Source of the DNA: Anaerohalosphaeraceae bacterium
GTDB taxonomy: Bacteria > Planctomycetota > Phycisphaerae > Sedimentisphaerales > Anaerohalosphaeraceae
Direction of reading: 5' to 3'
DNA length: 64,000 bases
NCBI GenBank assembly: GCA_963675525.2
Contig: CAXXSL010000011.1
Coordinates: forward strand, 192,001 to 256,000
The position numbers were made by a program, and so were the translations under genes. Positions 47,062 through 56,923 of this stretch are shown piece by piece. Under the pieces are notes generated by a model that saw only the letters and a list, made by a program, of their open reading frames with translations, did no database searches and was not told the origin of the DNA. The number at the start of each line of letters is the position of its first letter. Position 1 is the first letter of the stretch.

Positions 47062-48021
47062 CTAAGGAATTAACACTATTTTCCCGCAATGGGCTGATTC
47101 CATAATGGCGTGATGCGCTTTGGCGGCCTCGCTTAACGGCAATTCCTGTGCAATCACCGGACAAAGTGTGCCATCCGTAAGCCCCGTTTCAATGGCTTTA
47201 TAGGCCTGTGTTTTTTCGGCCTCGCTCGCTAAAGAAGACATCGTCCCCAAAATGCTGATTTCCCGTGACATGATATCACGCGGGTCGATTTGGACCGGGC
47301 CGCGGCTGCCGATAATCACAACCTGTCCTTTTTTGGCCATTACCGTCAAGTCCTTTCCGAGATTGACATTGGCCAGCATCTCCAAAAGAATATCCACCCC
47401 CTGCCCATCTGTAAAATCGAGCACCTTATCGAAATGCCCCGGAACATGATGGTCCAGCACAAGGTCAGCGCCCTGCTCAAGAAGTAACTGACGCCCTTGT
47501 TCAGTCCCAGCCGTAGCAATGATTTTGAGACCCGCGGCCTTTGCAAATTGTACCGCCGCAAGCCCGACACCGCCGCTGGCTCCATGAATGAACGCCATTT
47601 GACCCGCTGCGGCATGGACACGCTGAAAAAGTGCCCGATACGCTGTCCCATACGGAACCCCTAGCGCCGCGCCTTGAGAAAAGCTGATATTATCCGGCAA
47701 CGAATGCACCTGCATCCCGTGACACAGGCACTGCTCTGCATACGTTCCGCTAACAGAGCCGGATATAAATATCCGCTGTCCGACGGCAACATGCCCAACC
47801 GCCTCGCCAACCTGCCGGACCACCCCGGCCGCGTCAATTCCCGACGTATAAGGAAATTTTCTCGAGCCATACAATCCAGCACGAATGTAGGTATCCACGG
47901 GATTGACCCCCACAGCCTTGATGTCGATCAAAATCTGGTCTGCTGACGGAACCGGCAATGCAACATCCTCGATCCGCATCACCTCCGGGGGGCCGAATTC
48001 TTGAATCCGTATCGCCTTCAT
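47062..48021 (-). CDS. NADPH:quinone reductase (zeta-crystallin, MDR family)
   Basis: GVNPVDTY, HGASGGVG and GKIVL motifs; start at MKAIRI. Confidence 0.9.
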   Translation of the reverse strand: MKAIRIQEFGPPEVMRIEDVALPVPSADQILIDIKAVGVNPVDTYIRAGLYGSRKFPYTSGIDAAGVVRQVGEAVGHVAVGQRIFISGSVSGTYAEQCLCHGMQVHSLPDNISFSQGAALGVPYGTAYRALFQRVHAAAGQMAFIHGASGGVGLAAVQFAKAAGLKIIATAGTEQGRQLLLEQGADLVLDHHVPGHFDKVLDFTDGQGVDILLEMLANVNLGKDLTVMAKKGQVVIIGSRGPVQIDPRDIMSREISILGTMSSLASEAEKTQAYKAIETGLTDGTLCPVIAQELPLSEAAKAHHAIMESAHCGKIVLIP

Positions 48022-48228
48022 TCTATTTTCCCTCGCCTTTCGTTTGGTTAAAAGAACAGGTAAAACATACACGATTTAATCAGAACTTCAAGAAAAACCA
48101 CTCTAAATCATCTCTTCCGTACAGTCTTTAGCCGTTCCCAAACGATATTTTCTTGGAAATCCGATGCATTTCTGGTACCCTGTTGTATATACTGTTTGCA
48201 GCGTGTCCTTTTTGTATGATTATAGGAG

Positions 48229-49809
48229 ATGGGCATGAAAACAAGATCGGACTACGGGGTATTTCTTTTAGTACTGTTACTTATCAGTTCCGCTGCGTTC
48301 GCAACGGCCCTTGACGATTATGTCTCGCTGGCGGATGCCAATTATACATGGAACCAGGTCGATTCGTTAACCCAGTACATCCTGATCTTTATACCCCTCA
48401 CAACTTCCTATTCGCTTGAGATGACCTCACAGGCCTGGCGCGAACCCAATGAGGTGGACACAACCGTCTGGACCCACTGGGTGACGATCACGAAGCGATA
48501 CAATGATTCATCGCTAAAAGATACGGCCCTGATCCTGATCAACGGCGGGGATATCAATGAGCCGGCACCCAGCATCGATCCGGCCGTCGACCCGAACAAT
48601 CAGCAGTTTCGTGATCTTGCTTATGCTACAAATTCGATGATCGTGGAGCTGCGCGGCGTACCCAATCAGCCGCTGCAGTTTGCCGACGAAGGTTTCACAC
48701 GCAGCGAAGATGAGATCATCGCGTACAGTTGGGACAAGTTTCTCAACGGCAGCGACGATTTCTGGCCGGTGCAGTTGCCGATGGTCAAGTCCGTCATTGC
48801 CTGCATGGATGCTGTTCAGGAATTTGACCCCACGATCCAACACTTTGTCCTGGCCGGCGGCTCCAAACGCGGCTGGACGGCATGGCTGACGGCGGCGGTT
48901 GACAACCGCGTCACCGCCATCGCCCCCATCGTCAGCGACCTGCTGAACATGCGGCGAAGCTTTGCACATCAGTGGTCCTGTTATGGTTTCTGGGCCGATG
49001 CGCTGAGTCCCTATGAGGACATGGGCATTTTCGACTGGTTTGATACCGCAAGAGCCGATGAGTTGGTGACCATTGTCGATCCCTATGAATACCGCGACCG
49101 GCTGAACATCCCGAAGTTTATTGTGACTGCGGCTGGTGACGATTTCTTTGTACATGATTCCATTCAGTTCTATATTGACGACCTGTTGGGCGAAACGTAT
49201 GTACGCACGGTGCCGAATACCAACCATTATCTCGACGGCGCCTTTCAGGAGGTCTTTGAAAATATGGTGCCGTATTATGATGCGTTCTTAAGAACCGACC
49301 CTCGTCCGCAGTTTGACTGGACATTAAATGATGACGGCTCAATGACCGTGACGACAACTGGTACTTATACTCCGGACAGCGTTCTCTTGTGGCAGGCGGA
49401 TAACCCAACCGCGCGTGATTTTCGACGGGTCACCATCGGCGATGCCTGGACGTTCACTCCGCTGAGCGAAGATTCGCCCGGTGTATATATCGCCGACCCC
49501 GGTGTGCCATTAGTTGGCTGGCGGTCCTATTTTATCGAGTTGGTCTATGATTACGTAACACCCTCGACTGGCATCAGTGATAAGGACTATCACCTCACCA
49601 CGGAGATGCGCGTTGTGCCCGAGGTGCGCCCATTCGAGGCGGACTTAACTCGTGACCGCCTGACCGATGCGGACGATTTGGGAGTATTGGCGGATAGATG
49701 GCTGACCGATACACCATATTATGACATCATGCCGCGACGCACCGGCGACGGGATCATCAACCTGTCCGAAATGAGCGTTTTTTCGCTGCACTGGCTGGAA
49801 AGTAATTAA
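48229..49809 (+). CDS. PhoPQ-activated pathogenicity-related (PqaA-like) alpha/beta hydrolase with dockerin-like tail
   Basis: Signal peptide; VPNQP, EDEIIAYSW, GGSKRGWTAW and DDFF motifs; ADLTRD...GDGIINLSE...HWL. Confidence 0.85.
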   Translation: MGMKTRSDYGVFLLVLLLISSAAFATALDDYVSLADANYTWNQVDSLTQYILIFIPLTTSYSLEMTSQAWREPNEVDTTVWTHWVTITKRYNDSSLKDTALILINGGDINEPAPSIDPAVDPNNQQFRDLAYATNSMIVELRGVPNQPLQFADEGFTRSEDEIIAYSWDKFLNGSDDFWPVQLPMVKSVIACMDAVQEFDPTIQHFVLAGGSKRGWTAWLTAAVDNRVTAIAPIVSDLLNMRRSFAHQWSCYGFWADALSPYEDMGIFDWFDTARADELVTIVDPYEYRDRLNIPKFIVTAAGDDFFVHDSIQFYIDDLLGETYVRTVPNTNHYLDGAFQEVFENMVPYYDAFLRTDPRPQFDWTLNDDGSMTVTTTGTYTPDSVLLWQADNPTARDFRRVTIGDAWTFTPLSEDSPGVYIADPGVPLVGWRSYFIELVYDYVTPSTGISDKDYHLTTEMRVVPEVRPFEADLTRDRLTDADDLGVLADRWLTDTPYYDIMPRRTGDGIINLSEMSVFSLHWLESN

Positions 49810-49857
49810 ATACTGATTTCCCATTTCAACCCATGCCGAAAGCAGTATACAAAGTTA

Positions 49858-49886
49858 TTGACACAAAAAGCAGGTTCTGCTATAGT
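49858..49886 (+). promoter_or_regulatory. Sigma70-type promoter of tRNA-Arg
   Basis: TTGACA-17 nt-TATAGT. Confidence 0.85.
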
Positions 49887-49899
49887 CCCCAAATCTCAA

Positions 49900-49973
<74 letters not shown>

Positions 49974-50390
49974 TTGCTTATTTTGCCATAAAACAGTGGT
50001 TTTGTGCCCTTTTACGGCATTCTTCGGATTTGAGATTTCACCCATCGCACCCAGAACCCCACCCCCGTTTTATGCCGTTTTATGCCGTTTTGTGCCGCTT
50101 GACGCTGACGGATGCGTGATAGTTGCGTGATGAGTTCCACCCCCAAGACAAGCCGATCCAACCGCATCCACACAGACCGGATCCGTCCCCGTCCTGACTG
50201 CCCTTTGTGGTCTGAGATCCGGTCGATCCACTGGTGCAACTCCGGACAGTCCTGTCCGTTCTTGCATGACGAGATCAGTCTCTTCAGATTAGAATCCAGT
50301 GACTGTGCAGACCCTTTGTCCGTCCCGGCACAGACCTAATGTTCCTTCCGGTTATGATCATAAAATGTCACATACCATGATCTGCTTGTT

Positions 50391-50648
50391 TTATTGTTTC
50401 GTTTGAGTTTTCTGACTGCCATAGTCTACTCCCATCATGTCATTAACAGTTGTTGACCGCTCTTTGTGTTTATGAATAATTTCGGCAATGAATTTTATTA
50501 TAATATCAAGAATAGCCGTTATGCATCCAGCTATAACTAATGACCAAAATGCAATAACAATAAATCTAACCCATAAATATTCTTCATATGAAGACTCCCA
50601 GAGTCCCGCTGCTCCCAGAACATTAAAAGCCATGACTGCCATGGTCAA
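50391..50648 (-). CDS. Small hypothetical membrane protein
   Basis: AGGAG RBS; hydrophobic segment. Confidence 0.5.
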   Translation of the reverse strand: MTMAVMAFNVLGAAGLWESSYEEYLWVRFIVIAFWSLVIAGCITAILDIIIKFIAEIIHKHKERSTTVNDMMGVDYGSQKTQTKQ

Positions 50649-50865
50649 CTCCTGTATAATCTTCCCCTGTTAGATCTTTAACATTTTCTGACTTTTTCTT
50701 GTTCTGTCTTTTCGAACGAACAATAACTTCTATTACGCACAGAATCACTATCAGTATAACATATGCATAGATGACAATATCAACCCATTCAGGCCAATCA
50801 TCATATAATCCTGCCAATCCCAGAGAAGCATTAGACATGTTTTCAAGCATCACATTCTCTTTCAT
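50623..50865 (-). CDS. Small hypothetical membrane protein
   Basis: Single TM segment followed by a basic tail. Confidence 0.45.
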   Translation of the reverse strand: MKENVMLENMSNASLGLAGLYDDWPEWVDIVIYAYVILIVILCVIEVIVRSKRQNKKKSENVKDLTGEDYTGVDHGSHGF

Positions 50866-51007
50866 TCTTTATTTTTCGTTTGAGTTTCCTCACTGCCATG
50901 ATCAACCCTCACTTGACCGTTCCTCTGGTGTCCGCTTTTTAAATTCACTACTTATCGAATGTATATTCTGTTTTTCGTCCGGCAATTTGCACCTCAAAAT
51001 ATGGATG

Positions 51008-51724
51008 TTACTCTTCGCAGAAAAATCCTGCAACAAATTCATTGACAGGGGTTTGCCGTATTTCATCATATGTGCCAACTTGCTGAATTCTACCGAAATT
51101 TAAGACACAGACCTTGTCTGCCAAAACCCTGGCCTCCCGATGGTCATGTGTTACATAGACGGCCGTAGCGCCAAGTTTTTTTAATATTTCTTTTATCTGT
51201 TTTCTTGCGGTTTTTCTCAACATCTGATCGAGATTACTCAGCGGTTCATCAAACAAAAACACCTTTGGTTCTCGAACAATCACTTTTCCCAGTGCGGCCC
51301 GCTGTCGCTGGCCTCCAGATAACTGATACGGTTTGCGTTCTAGTAAGTCTTCGATTTCCAGCATTTTTGCCGTATGAAGCACTTTTTCGGCAATCAGTTC
51401 TTTGGGGGTACGCTGCATTTTCAGAGCGAAGCCCATGTTTTCAAAAACCGTCATGTGCGGGTACAGCGAATAATGCTGAAACACCATCGCAACGTCACGC
51501 TCTCTCGGTTCTTTGTTGTTGACCAATTCATCGTTAAGGTAAATATCGCCACTGGTTGCGTTTTCCAACCCCGCAATCAATCTAAGAATCGTTGATTTTC
51601 CGGCTCCGCTCGGCCCGAGAAGTACCATCGTCTCGCCCTCTTTGACCTCAAGATCAACATCGCAGACGGCTTGAATCCGTCCGTCGAAAACCTTGTTGAT
51701 TTTCTCTAAACATACCTTGCTCAT
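51008..51724 (-). CDS. MalK-like ABC ATP-binding protein lacking the C-terminal regulatory domain
   Basis: GPSGAGKS, VFQHYSLYPHM, LSGGQRQR, DEPLSNLD and VTHD motifs. Confidence 0.9.
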   Translation of the reverse strand: MSKVCLEKINKVFDGRIQAVCDVDLEVKEGETMVLLGPSGAGKSTILRLIAGLENATSGDIYLNDELVNNKEPRERDVAMVFQHYSLYPHMTVFENMGFALKMQRTPKELIAEKVLHTAKMLEIEDLLERKPYQLSGGQRQRAALGKVIVREPKVFLFDEPLSNLDQMLRKTARKQIKEILKKLGATAVYVTHDHREARVLADKVCVLNFGRIQQVGTYDEIRQTPVNEFVAGFFCEE

Positions 51725-51740
51725 AAATATCGCATCATTT

Positions 51741-53555
51741 TCAAAAAATCCTTTTACGCAAATTGGCTTTTGTACGCCACAGGCATACGATTATAGCAAG
51801 TAAATGAAGTGTTGCATAGACGATTAATAGCGTCGGAAGACTCAATATATGATAACGACGAGGGTCAAATGTATTTTCTATGATATCCAGAACAAGACCG
51901 GGCGGCGTTAGCACCCAATATAATTCATTTAGGTCATGAATATCAATGTGAATAAGACGCTCAATGGGTCGTAATGTTCTGTAAGAAAGTTCTTCAAGCA
52001 TCAATAGTATTCCAGGGATTGCGGCCCATAATATCGCAACCAACGATAGATTGCAGATGACCGCCGTTGTTGAATGTTTGAATCGACTACTAAAATAAAG
52101 GCCGGAAGTGATTACAAAGCCGATTGCTATTGATAATACGAGTATCAGCGTAAAAAACATGGAAACAGGATTACCGGCCACATAGGCAACCATATAATAA
52201 ATCAGCAAAAAAGGCAACCAAACAATGATGATGCGTCGCAGAATACCGATGATTTTCCCGCTTAAGATCTGAGTGTCCGAATAGCATGTGGTCAAAAGAA
52301 TCAGCCATGTGCCGGATTCTTTTTCGGCTGTAATATAAGTAGCTGGAATGATAATTGTAAAAAGAATAGCCAATGTTATTATGCCGAAAACTGTGCCGGC
52401 AAGGACAATACCGAATAAATCTATACTTTCAAACAGCAATACCAAGAAAACACTGATAACAAATGCGCCCACCATCAATATCAGAGCAATAAAGACTACT
52501 TTTCGGAATTTACCGAGAACCGGGTGCAGAAATTCTTTCCAAATCATTCCGGTTCCAATGGTGCGCTGGATCATAGAATGGAGGAAGAACGGACGGCGAA
52601 GCCAATAGGTTTTGGATTTAAGAGGAGGCATTTTGTAACTTTTTCTGGTTTTCTTTGGGACCAGATTCTTTAAGGACATTTTTCGCACAAATATACATGA
52701 AATGAATAAAATACCAAGAGCCAACAACAGCAACATGCCGGACTGAACAAGCCATTTAATGGAAAACTGGCCCGATGAAGCATTGAACAAGTCGTCCGTT
52801 GTCATTGCCATCATAACATAAGGATTCGTAACATGGACAATTTCTTCAGCAATATTGTCAAATTCTATCTTAAACATTCCTCCCCAAAAAGAAACACTGT
52901 CAAGGGCCTCTCCGCCCAGGTATATCGTGAACGGAAAAAGTATAAAAATAATCGCCAGCGTGATGACGGTGAAAATTACCACCACATAGGCGCGTCGGAA
53001 AAGAATCGAATAAAATAAGCTCACGGCACTAATAAAGAAAACGGTACTTAGCGTCAAACAAAGTGCTTTGATCAAATATAACCAGGGGATTCCGCCAAAA
53101 ACGCGAACTATCGCAAGCAAAGGAAAACTAATGCCCAGTAAAATAAAAATCTGCCAAAGCCGACTGGACAACTTTCCCATAATAATCTGAAACGATGTAA
53201 TGGGTGTTGTCATTAAAACATACAACGTCCGGTTGTATATTTCTGAGTTGATTGCGGTACTACAGATAACAATTGCGACAAGCTGAGCACCAATGAACTG
53301 AAACCACGCGACAGACGTAACGATTATCTTTGAGGCTTCGGCCATCCGTGAGATATTATAAACCACGGAATTAAGGGTATACGTAACCGCGACCCACACC
53401 ATCGCCATCATAACCATCAGAAGAATAAGATAAAATGACCGTAAAAAGTAGAACCGCTTTCGGCGACTGGCAACACGAAGTTCCTTGTTGAAAATCGGCC
53501 CTGTTAACCAGTACAACGTGAAAGGCCTGACCACTTTGTTGAATATCTCTGTCAT
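51741..53555 (-). CDS. ABC-2 type permease (internally duplicated), paralog 4
   Basis: GPIFNKELRVASRRKR; two LLTTP-like modules; many TM helices. Confidence 0.85.
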   Translation of the reverse strand: MTEIFNKVVRPFTLYWLTGPIFNKELRVASRRKRFYFLRSFYLILLMVMMAMVWVAVTYTLNSVVYNISRMAEASKIIVTSVAWFQFIGAQLVAIVICSTAINSEIYNRTLYVLMTTPITSFQIIMGKLSSRLWQIFILLGISFPLLAIVRVFGGIPWLYLIKALCLTLSTVFFISAVSLFYSILFRRAYVVVIFTVITLAIIFILFPFTIYLGGEALDSVSFWGGMFKIEFDNIAEEIVHVTNPYVMMAMTTDDLFNASSGQFSIKWLVQSGMLLLLALGILFISCIFVRKMSLKNLVPKKTRKSYKMPPLKSKTYWLRRPFFLHSMIQRTIGTGMIWKEFLHPVLGKFRKVVFIALILMVGAFVISVFLVLLFESIDLFGIVLAGTVFGIITLAILFTIIIPATYITAEKESGTWLILLTTCYSDTQILSGKIIGILRRIIIVWLPFLLIYYMVAYVAGNPVSMFFTLILVLSIAIGFVITSGLYFSSRFKHSTTAVICNLSLVAILWAAIPGILLMLEELSYRTLRPIERLIHIDIHDLNELYWVLTPPGLVLDIIENTFDPRRYHILSLPTLLIVYATLHLLAIIVCLWRTKANLRKRIF

Positions 53556-53563
53556 TGATCGTT

Positions 53564-55276
53564 TTATCCTGAAACATTAAAGATGTATTTTCGCATGGAT
53601 GATCTCGCCAGAAAGAGAAAAATAAATCCGGCAACACCATATACAATGGCCGGGATCAGATTGACGCCCATCATAATCAGGCTGAACATCCAGCCTTCCT
53701 CTTCCATTCCAATCCCGACACTCATTGCAATCAAAGCCAAAGGGCTGAAGTTTATCGAACAGGGACACAGCATCCATAGTACAATTGGCACTAAAAATGT
53801 TGCCGCCATGGCCCCGGTTGTTGTTTTGAGCCGCATGCCAAAATAAGCACCCACTCCAATCAAAAATAGAACCGTTGGAATAATCGCTATTGCAACTCCT
53901 AAAATTGCAGCCGGATTCAGAACAAAGCAAACCGAAAAGATCAATACGTCACCAAAAATAATAATCCAGAAAAACGATGTTTTCCACAAAATCGCCTTCG
54001 TCTTCATCTTTAAAATTTCACGGTCTTCAATGGGCGTTGTCAGAAGAATTGGCCATGCCCGTGACTGCTTTTCCTTCGAAATGCTCAGTGCTGAAAGGGT
54101 TGCCGTCCGCAGAAAGGCGAACAAAGCCAAAATCGTTACTAAAACCGCATGAAAAACAGGATTGGTTAGAACTTCAAAATACGCCCCACAAAAATACACG
54201 ACAACAATTGCACTGATCCATGCAATTAGTCTTGCTCGCGGTCCCATTAAGTGTTCTGATTCGCCCACCCTCATCTCTTTCCATAAAATCGGATTACCGG
54301 AAACCTCAACGATTCCTCTGGTGGAAACGGCATTACTCTTATCCTTCGCGAAAATGGCACGGATTCTCCTCATTTTGGATGCCCTACCGACTCGATTTGC
54401 TGATAAATTCAACATGGTTTTTCTAAGTCGAATTGTTGACAACAAAATAACAGCCAGAAACACCAGGGTAATAATCAAGCAGTGAGTCCCCCAACTAAAA
54501 ACCGATGCTCCTTGTGGATTGCTGGTCATCACAGACGTCGTAATTTCGGCCATGGCGAGAAAGGGATTCACGATTTCCAACAAGTGGCTTGCTTGAGACA
54601 GCCATTGCCAATTACGATACTGGTTGAGCGCACCGACTAAGCCGGGAAGTAATCCAAAAACAAATAAACCTGTAAACAATATCCACCCGATTACTTTATA
54701 GGACTGCCGCGTTCGTATCGAATAATATAAACTTATGACACCGAAAAGGCAGGTTGTCGTCAGCGTAATACACAAGGAAACGATGACATAATCCCACGGC
54801 ACGCCGCCAAAAACCCTAATAATTGCAAACAGAGGCAATGTGATTCCCGTTAACAACAGAAGTTGAAAGAGACTGCCGAACAATTTTCCCATCACAATCT
54901 GCAGCGATGTGATTGGTGTTGACAGGAGAATCTCCAATGTTCGTTTATTGATCTCGCGGCTGATTGAATCGCTCAGCATCACGGTGGCCAACAGCGGCAT
55001 AGAAATAAACTCCAGCCATATGACCGCAGCGACTACGCCCCGGGATACAATTGACATGCGCATGGCTGTGAATGCCACAGATTGGCCCATCGAAGCAAAA
55101 ACCGTCGTCGTCAGCCATGTCCAAGCAATAAAAAGCAGCAAAAAACCGATAAAGATCATTCGCAATAGATAATAGCGCTTACGCCGGCTGCTGGCCCGTA
55201 GCTCCCTGTCGAAAATGGGCCCTGTCAGTCGGCTGAGAATGCGTATATTAAATGTTTTGTCCATTACCCCAGCCAA
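53564..55276 (-). CDS. ABC-2 type permease, paralog 3
   Basis: GPIFDRELRASSRRKR; same architecture. Confidence 0.85.
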   Translation of the reverse strand: MAGVMDKTFNIRILSRLTGPIFDRELRASSRRKRYYLLRMIFIGFLLLFIAWTWLTTTVFASMGQSVAFTAMRMSIVSRGVVAAVIWLEFISMPLLATVMLSDSISREINKRTLEILLSTPITSLQIVMGKLFGSLFQLLLLTGITLPLFAIIRVFGGVPWDYVIVSLCITLTTTCLFGVISLYYSIRTRQSYKVIGWILFTGLFVFGLLPGLVGALNQYRNWQWLSQASHLLEIVNPFLAMAEITTSVMTSNPQGASVFSWGTHCLIITLVFLAVILLSTIRLRKTMLNLSANRVGRASKMRRIRAIFAKDKSNAVSTRGIVEVSGNPILWKEMRVGESEHLMGPRARLIAWISAIVVVYFCGAYFEVLTNPVFHAVLVTILALFAFLRTATLSALSISKEKQSRAWPILLTTPIEDREILKMKTKAILWKTSFFWIIIFGDVLIFSVCFVLNPAAILGVAIAIIPTVLFLIGVGAYFGMRLKTTTGAMAATFLVPIVLWMLCPCSINFSPLALIAMSVGIGMEEEGWMFSLIMMGVNLIPAIVYGVAGFIFLFLARSSMRKYIFNVSG

Positions 55277-55279
55277 TCC

Positions 55280-56923
55280 TTATCTGAAAGCATATTTTCT
55301 TAGCGAGCGTTTTGCCCGTCGCAGAAAAAACAAACCAGCCGCAATATCGACAAATGGGCGAATATAGAATGATAACATATAAAACCCCATGACTGATGAC
55401 AAAAAGGTTGGAATAAGCATGACAACATAACGCAAAAAATACCACATCAGATATCCCAACAAACCTGCAACTAAGGCTGCTGTACTGGATTTTAAACGGA
55501 CGCTCAAATAGAGCCCGAATCCAATGATAAAGATGAGATTACCAATCACACTTAAAACCGAAAAGACGGACATCGCAACAACGCCTCCCGGACCAAAATT
55601 CACATCTTTATAGACAAACATACTGTAAATAACTAATGCCGAAGCAGCGTTAATCGTTAAGACCGCCCACCCCACATAGTTAGCCCTATACACAGATTTT
55701 GCCTTTGCTTTTATGATTTGACTGCTTTTGATTGGGCAACATAGAAGACCACTGAGGCTTTTGTTTTCTTTTTCTTTCGTGATCGCTGTTGAAGCACCAA
55801 CCATCGTTCTGATAAATACGATCAACCACACCGTCATAGAGTACGTTCTGAAAACAACCCCCCCAAAACCCGCTTTGTCGAAACACAAGCAAACGTAACC
55901 TGCCGCAAAACCGATTATCAACAGGATAAATAAAATCAGTTCACGTAAAGAATGATGTGCCCGGGTATCCGGTAAATTTCGGAGCTCAATCGGGTATCGG
56001 AATTTTTGTCCCAATAAGAAGTGTTTGAATCGAAACCAATAGCTATTTTGTTTGCTGTTATTTTCAAATGCGAAGGTCAGAATTGACTTGCGAAGTCCGA
56101 TTACTGTACCGGTTGCAAAGACAGTTGAAATGGCCAGCATGATCAGGCAGTGTGTGCCCCAGGGAAATGCCTTTCCTGTCGCCATGGCCCCGGTTATTTG
56201 AGGAAAGCTGACCTCGTACATGGCCGCCATCGGATTAGCCATCAGCAGCCATACTCCTTTTCCGGAAGTAGATGACAAAATCGCAATCAGCGATGGTCCC
56301 ATCGCATAGTAGATGCAGATAAACGTAATCATGATAAGAATAACTGTGTATGGGCGCTTGACTCGGCCGGAACAAAAAAGTGTTAATGTGCCCGTGAAAA
56401 TAACGGCTGTCATTGTGATTGAAAAACTCGAAATAAGATATTCCCAGTGTATACCCCCAAAAATATACACAATTGACAGGGTTGACAATGATAGGGCCAG
56501 GATAAGGGCAAGTTGGAACAGTTTGCTCAAAAGCTTTCCCATGACAATCTGTAAAGTTGTGATTGGCGTTGTCATCAGAACATTCAGTGTCCCCCGATTC
56601 ATCTCATCACAAATGGCATTGCTGAAAAACAAGACCGCAGCAATCTGTGAAACAATAAATTGAAACCAAACGACAGTAATAATCACTGTTCTGCCAACTT
56701 CAGCCATGCGTGAAACATTATAAGACGAACTTTGCAAACCAAGAGAAGCGTTTTTTGCCAACCATGCCGTTATTACAACGATTGCCATAATAACAAGGTA
56801 TAAACTTCGCAGAACGTAATACCGCTTGCGCCGGCTGCAAACCCGCAATTCCTTTTCGAAGATGGGGCCGATTAGCCACATCAGCCATTGGGCTGGAAAC
56901 GAGACCGACGTTAATCTGTTCAT
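55280..56923 (-). CDS. ABC-2 type permease, paralog 2
   Basis: GPIFEKELRVCSRRKR; same architecture. Confidence 0.85.
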   Translation of the reverse strand: MNRLTSVSFPAQWLMWLIGPIFEKELRVCSRRKRYYVLRSLYLVIMAIVVITAWLAKNASLGLQSSSYNVSRMAEVGRTVIITVVWFQFIVSQIAAVLFFSNAICDEMNRGTLNVLMTTPITTLQIVMGKLLSKLFQLALILALSLSTLSIVYIFGGIHWEYLISSFSITMTAVIFTGTLTLFCSGRVKRPYTVILIMITFICIYYAMGPSLIAILSSTSGKGVWLLMANPMAAMYEVSFPQITGAMATGKAFPWGTHCLIMLAISTVFATGTVIGLRKSILTFAFENNSKQNSYWFRFKHFLLGQKFRYPIELRNLPDTRAHHSLRELILFILLIIGFAAGYVCLCFDKAGFGGVVFRTYSMTVWLIVFIRTMVGASTAITKEKENKSLSGLLCCPIKSSQIIKAKAKSVYRANYVGWAVLTINAASALVIYSMFVYKDVNFGPGGVVAMSVFSVLSVIGNLIFIIGFGLYLSVRLKSSTAALVAGLLGYLMWYFLRYVVMLIPTFLSSVMGFYMLSFYIRPFVDIAAGLFFLRRAKRSLRKYAFR

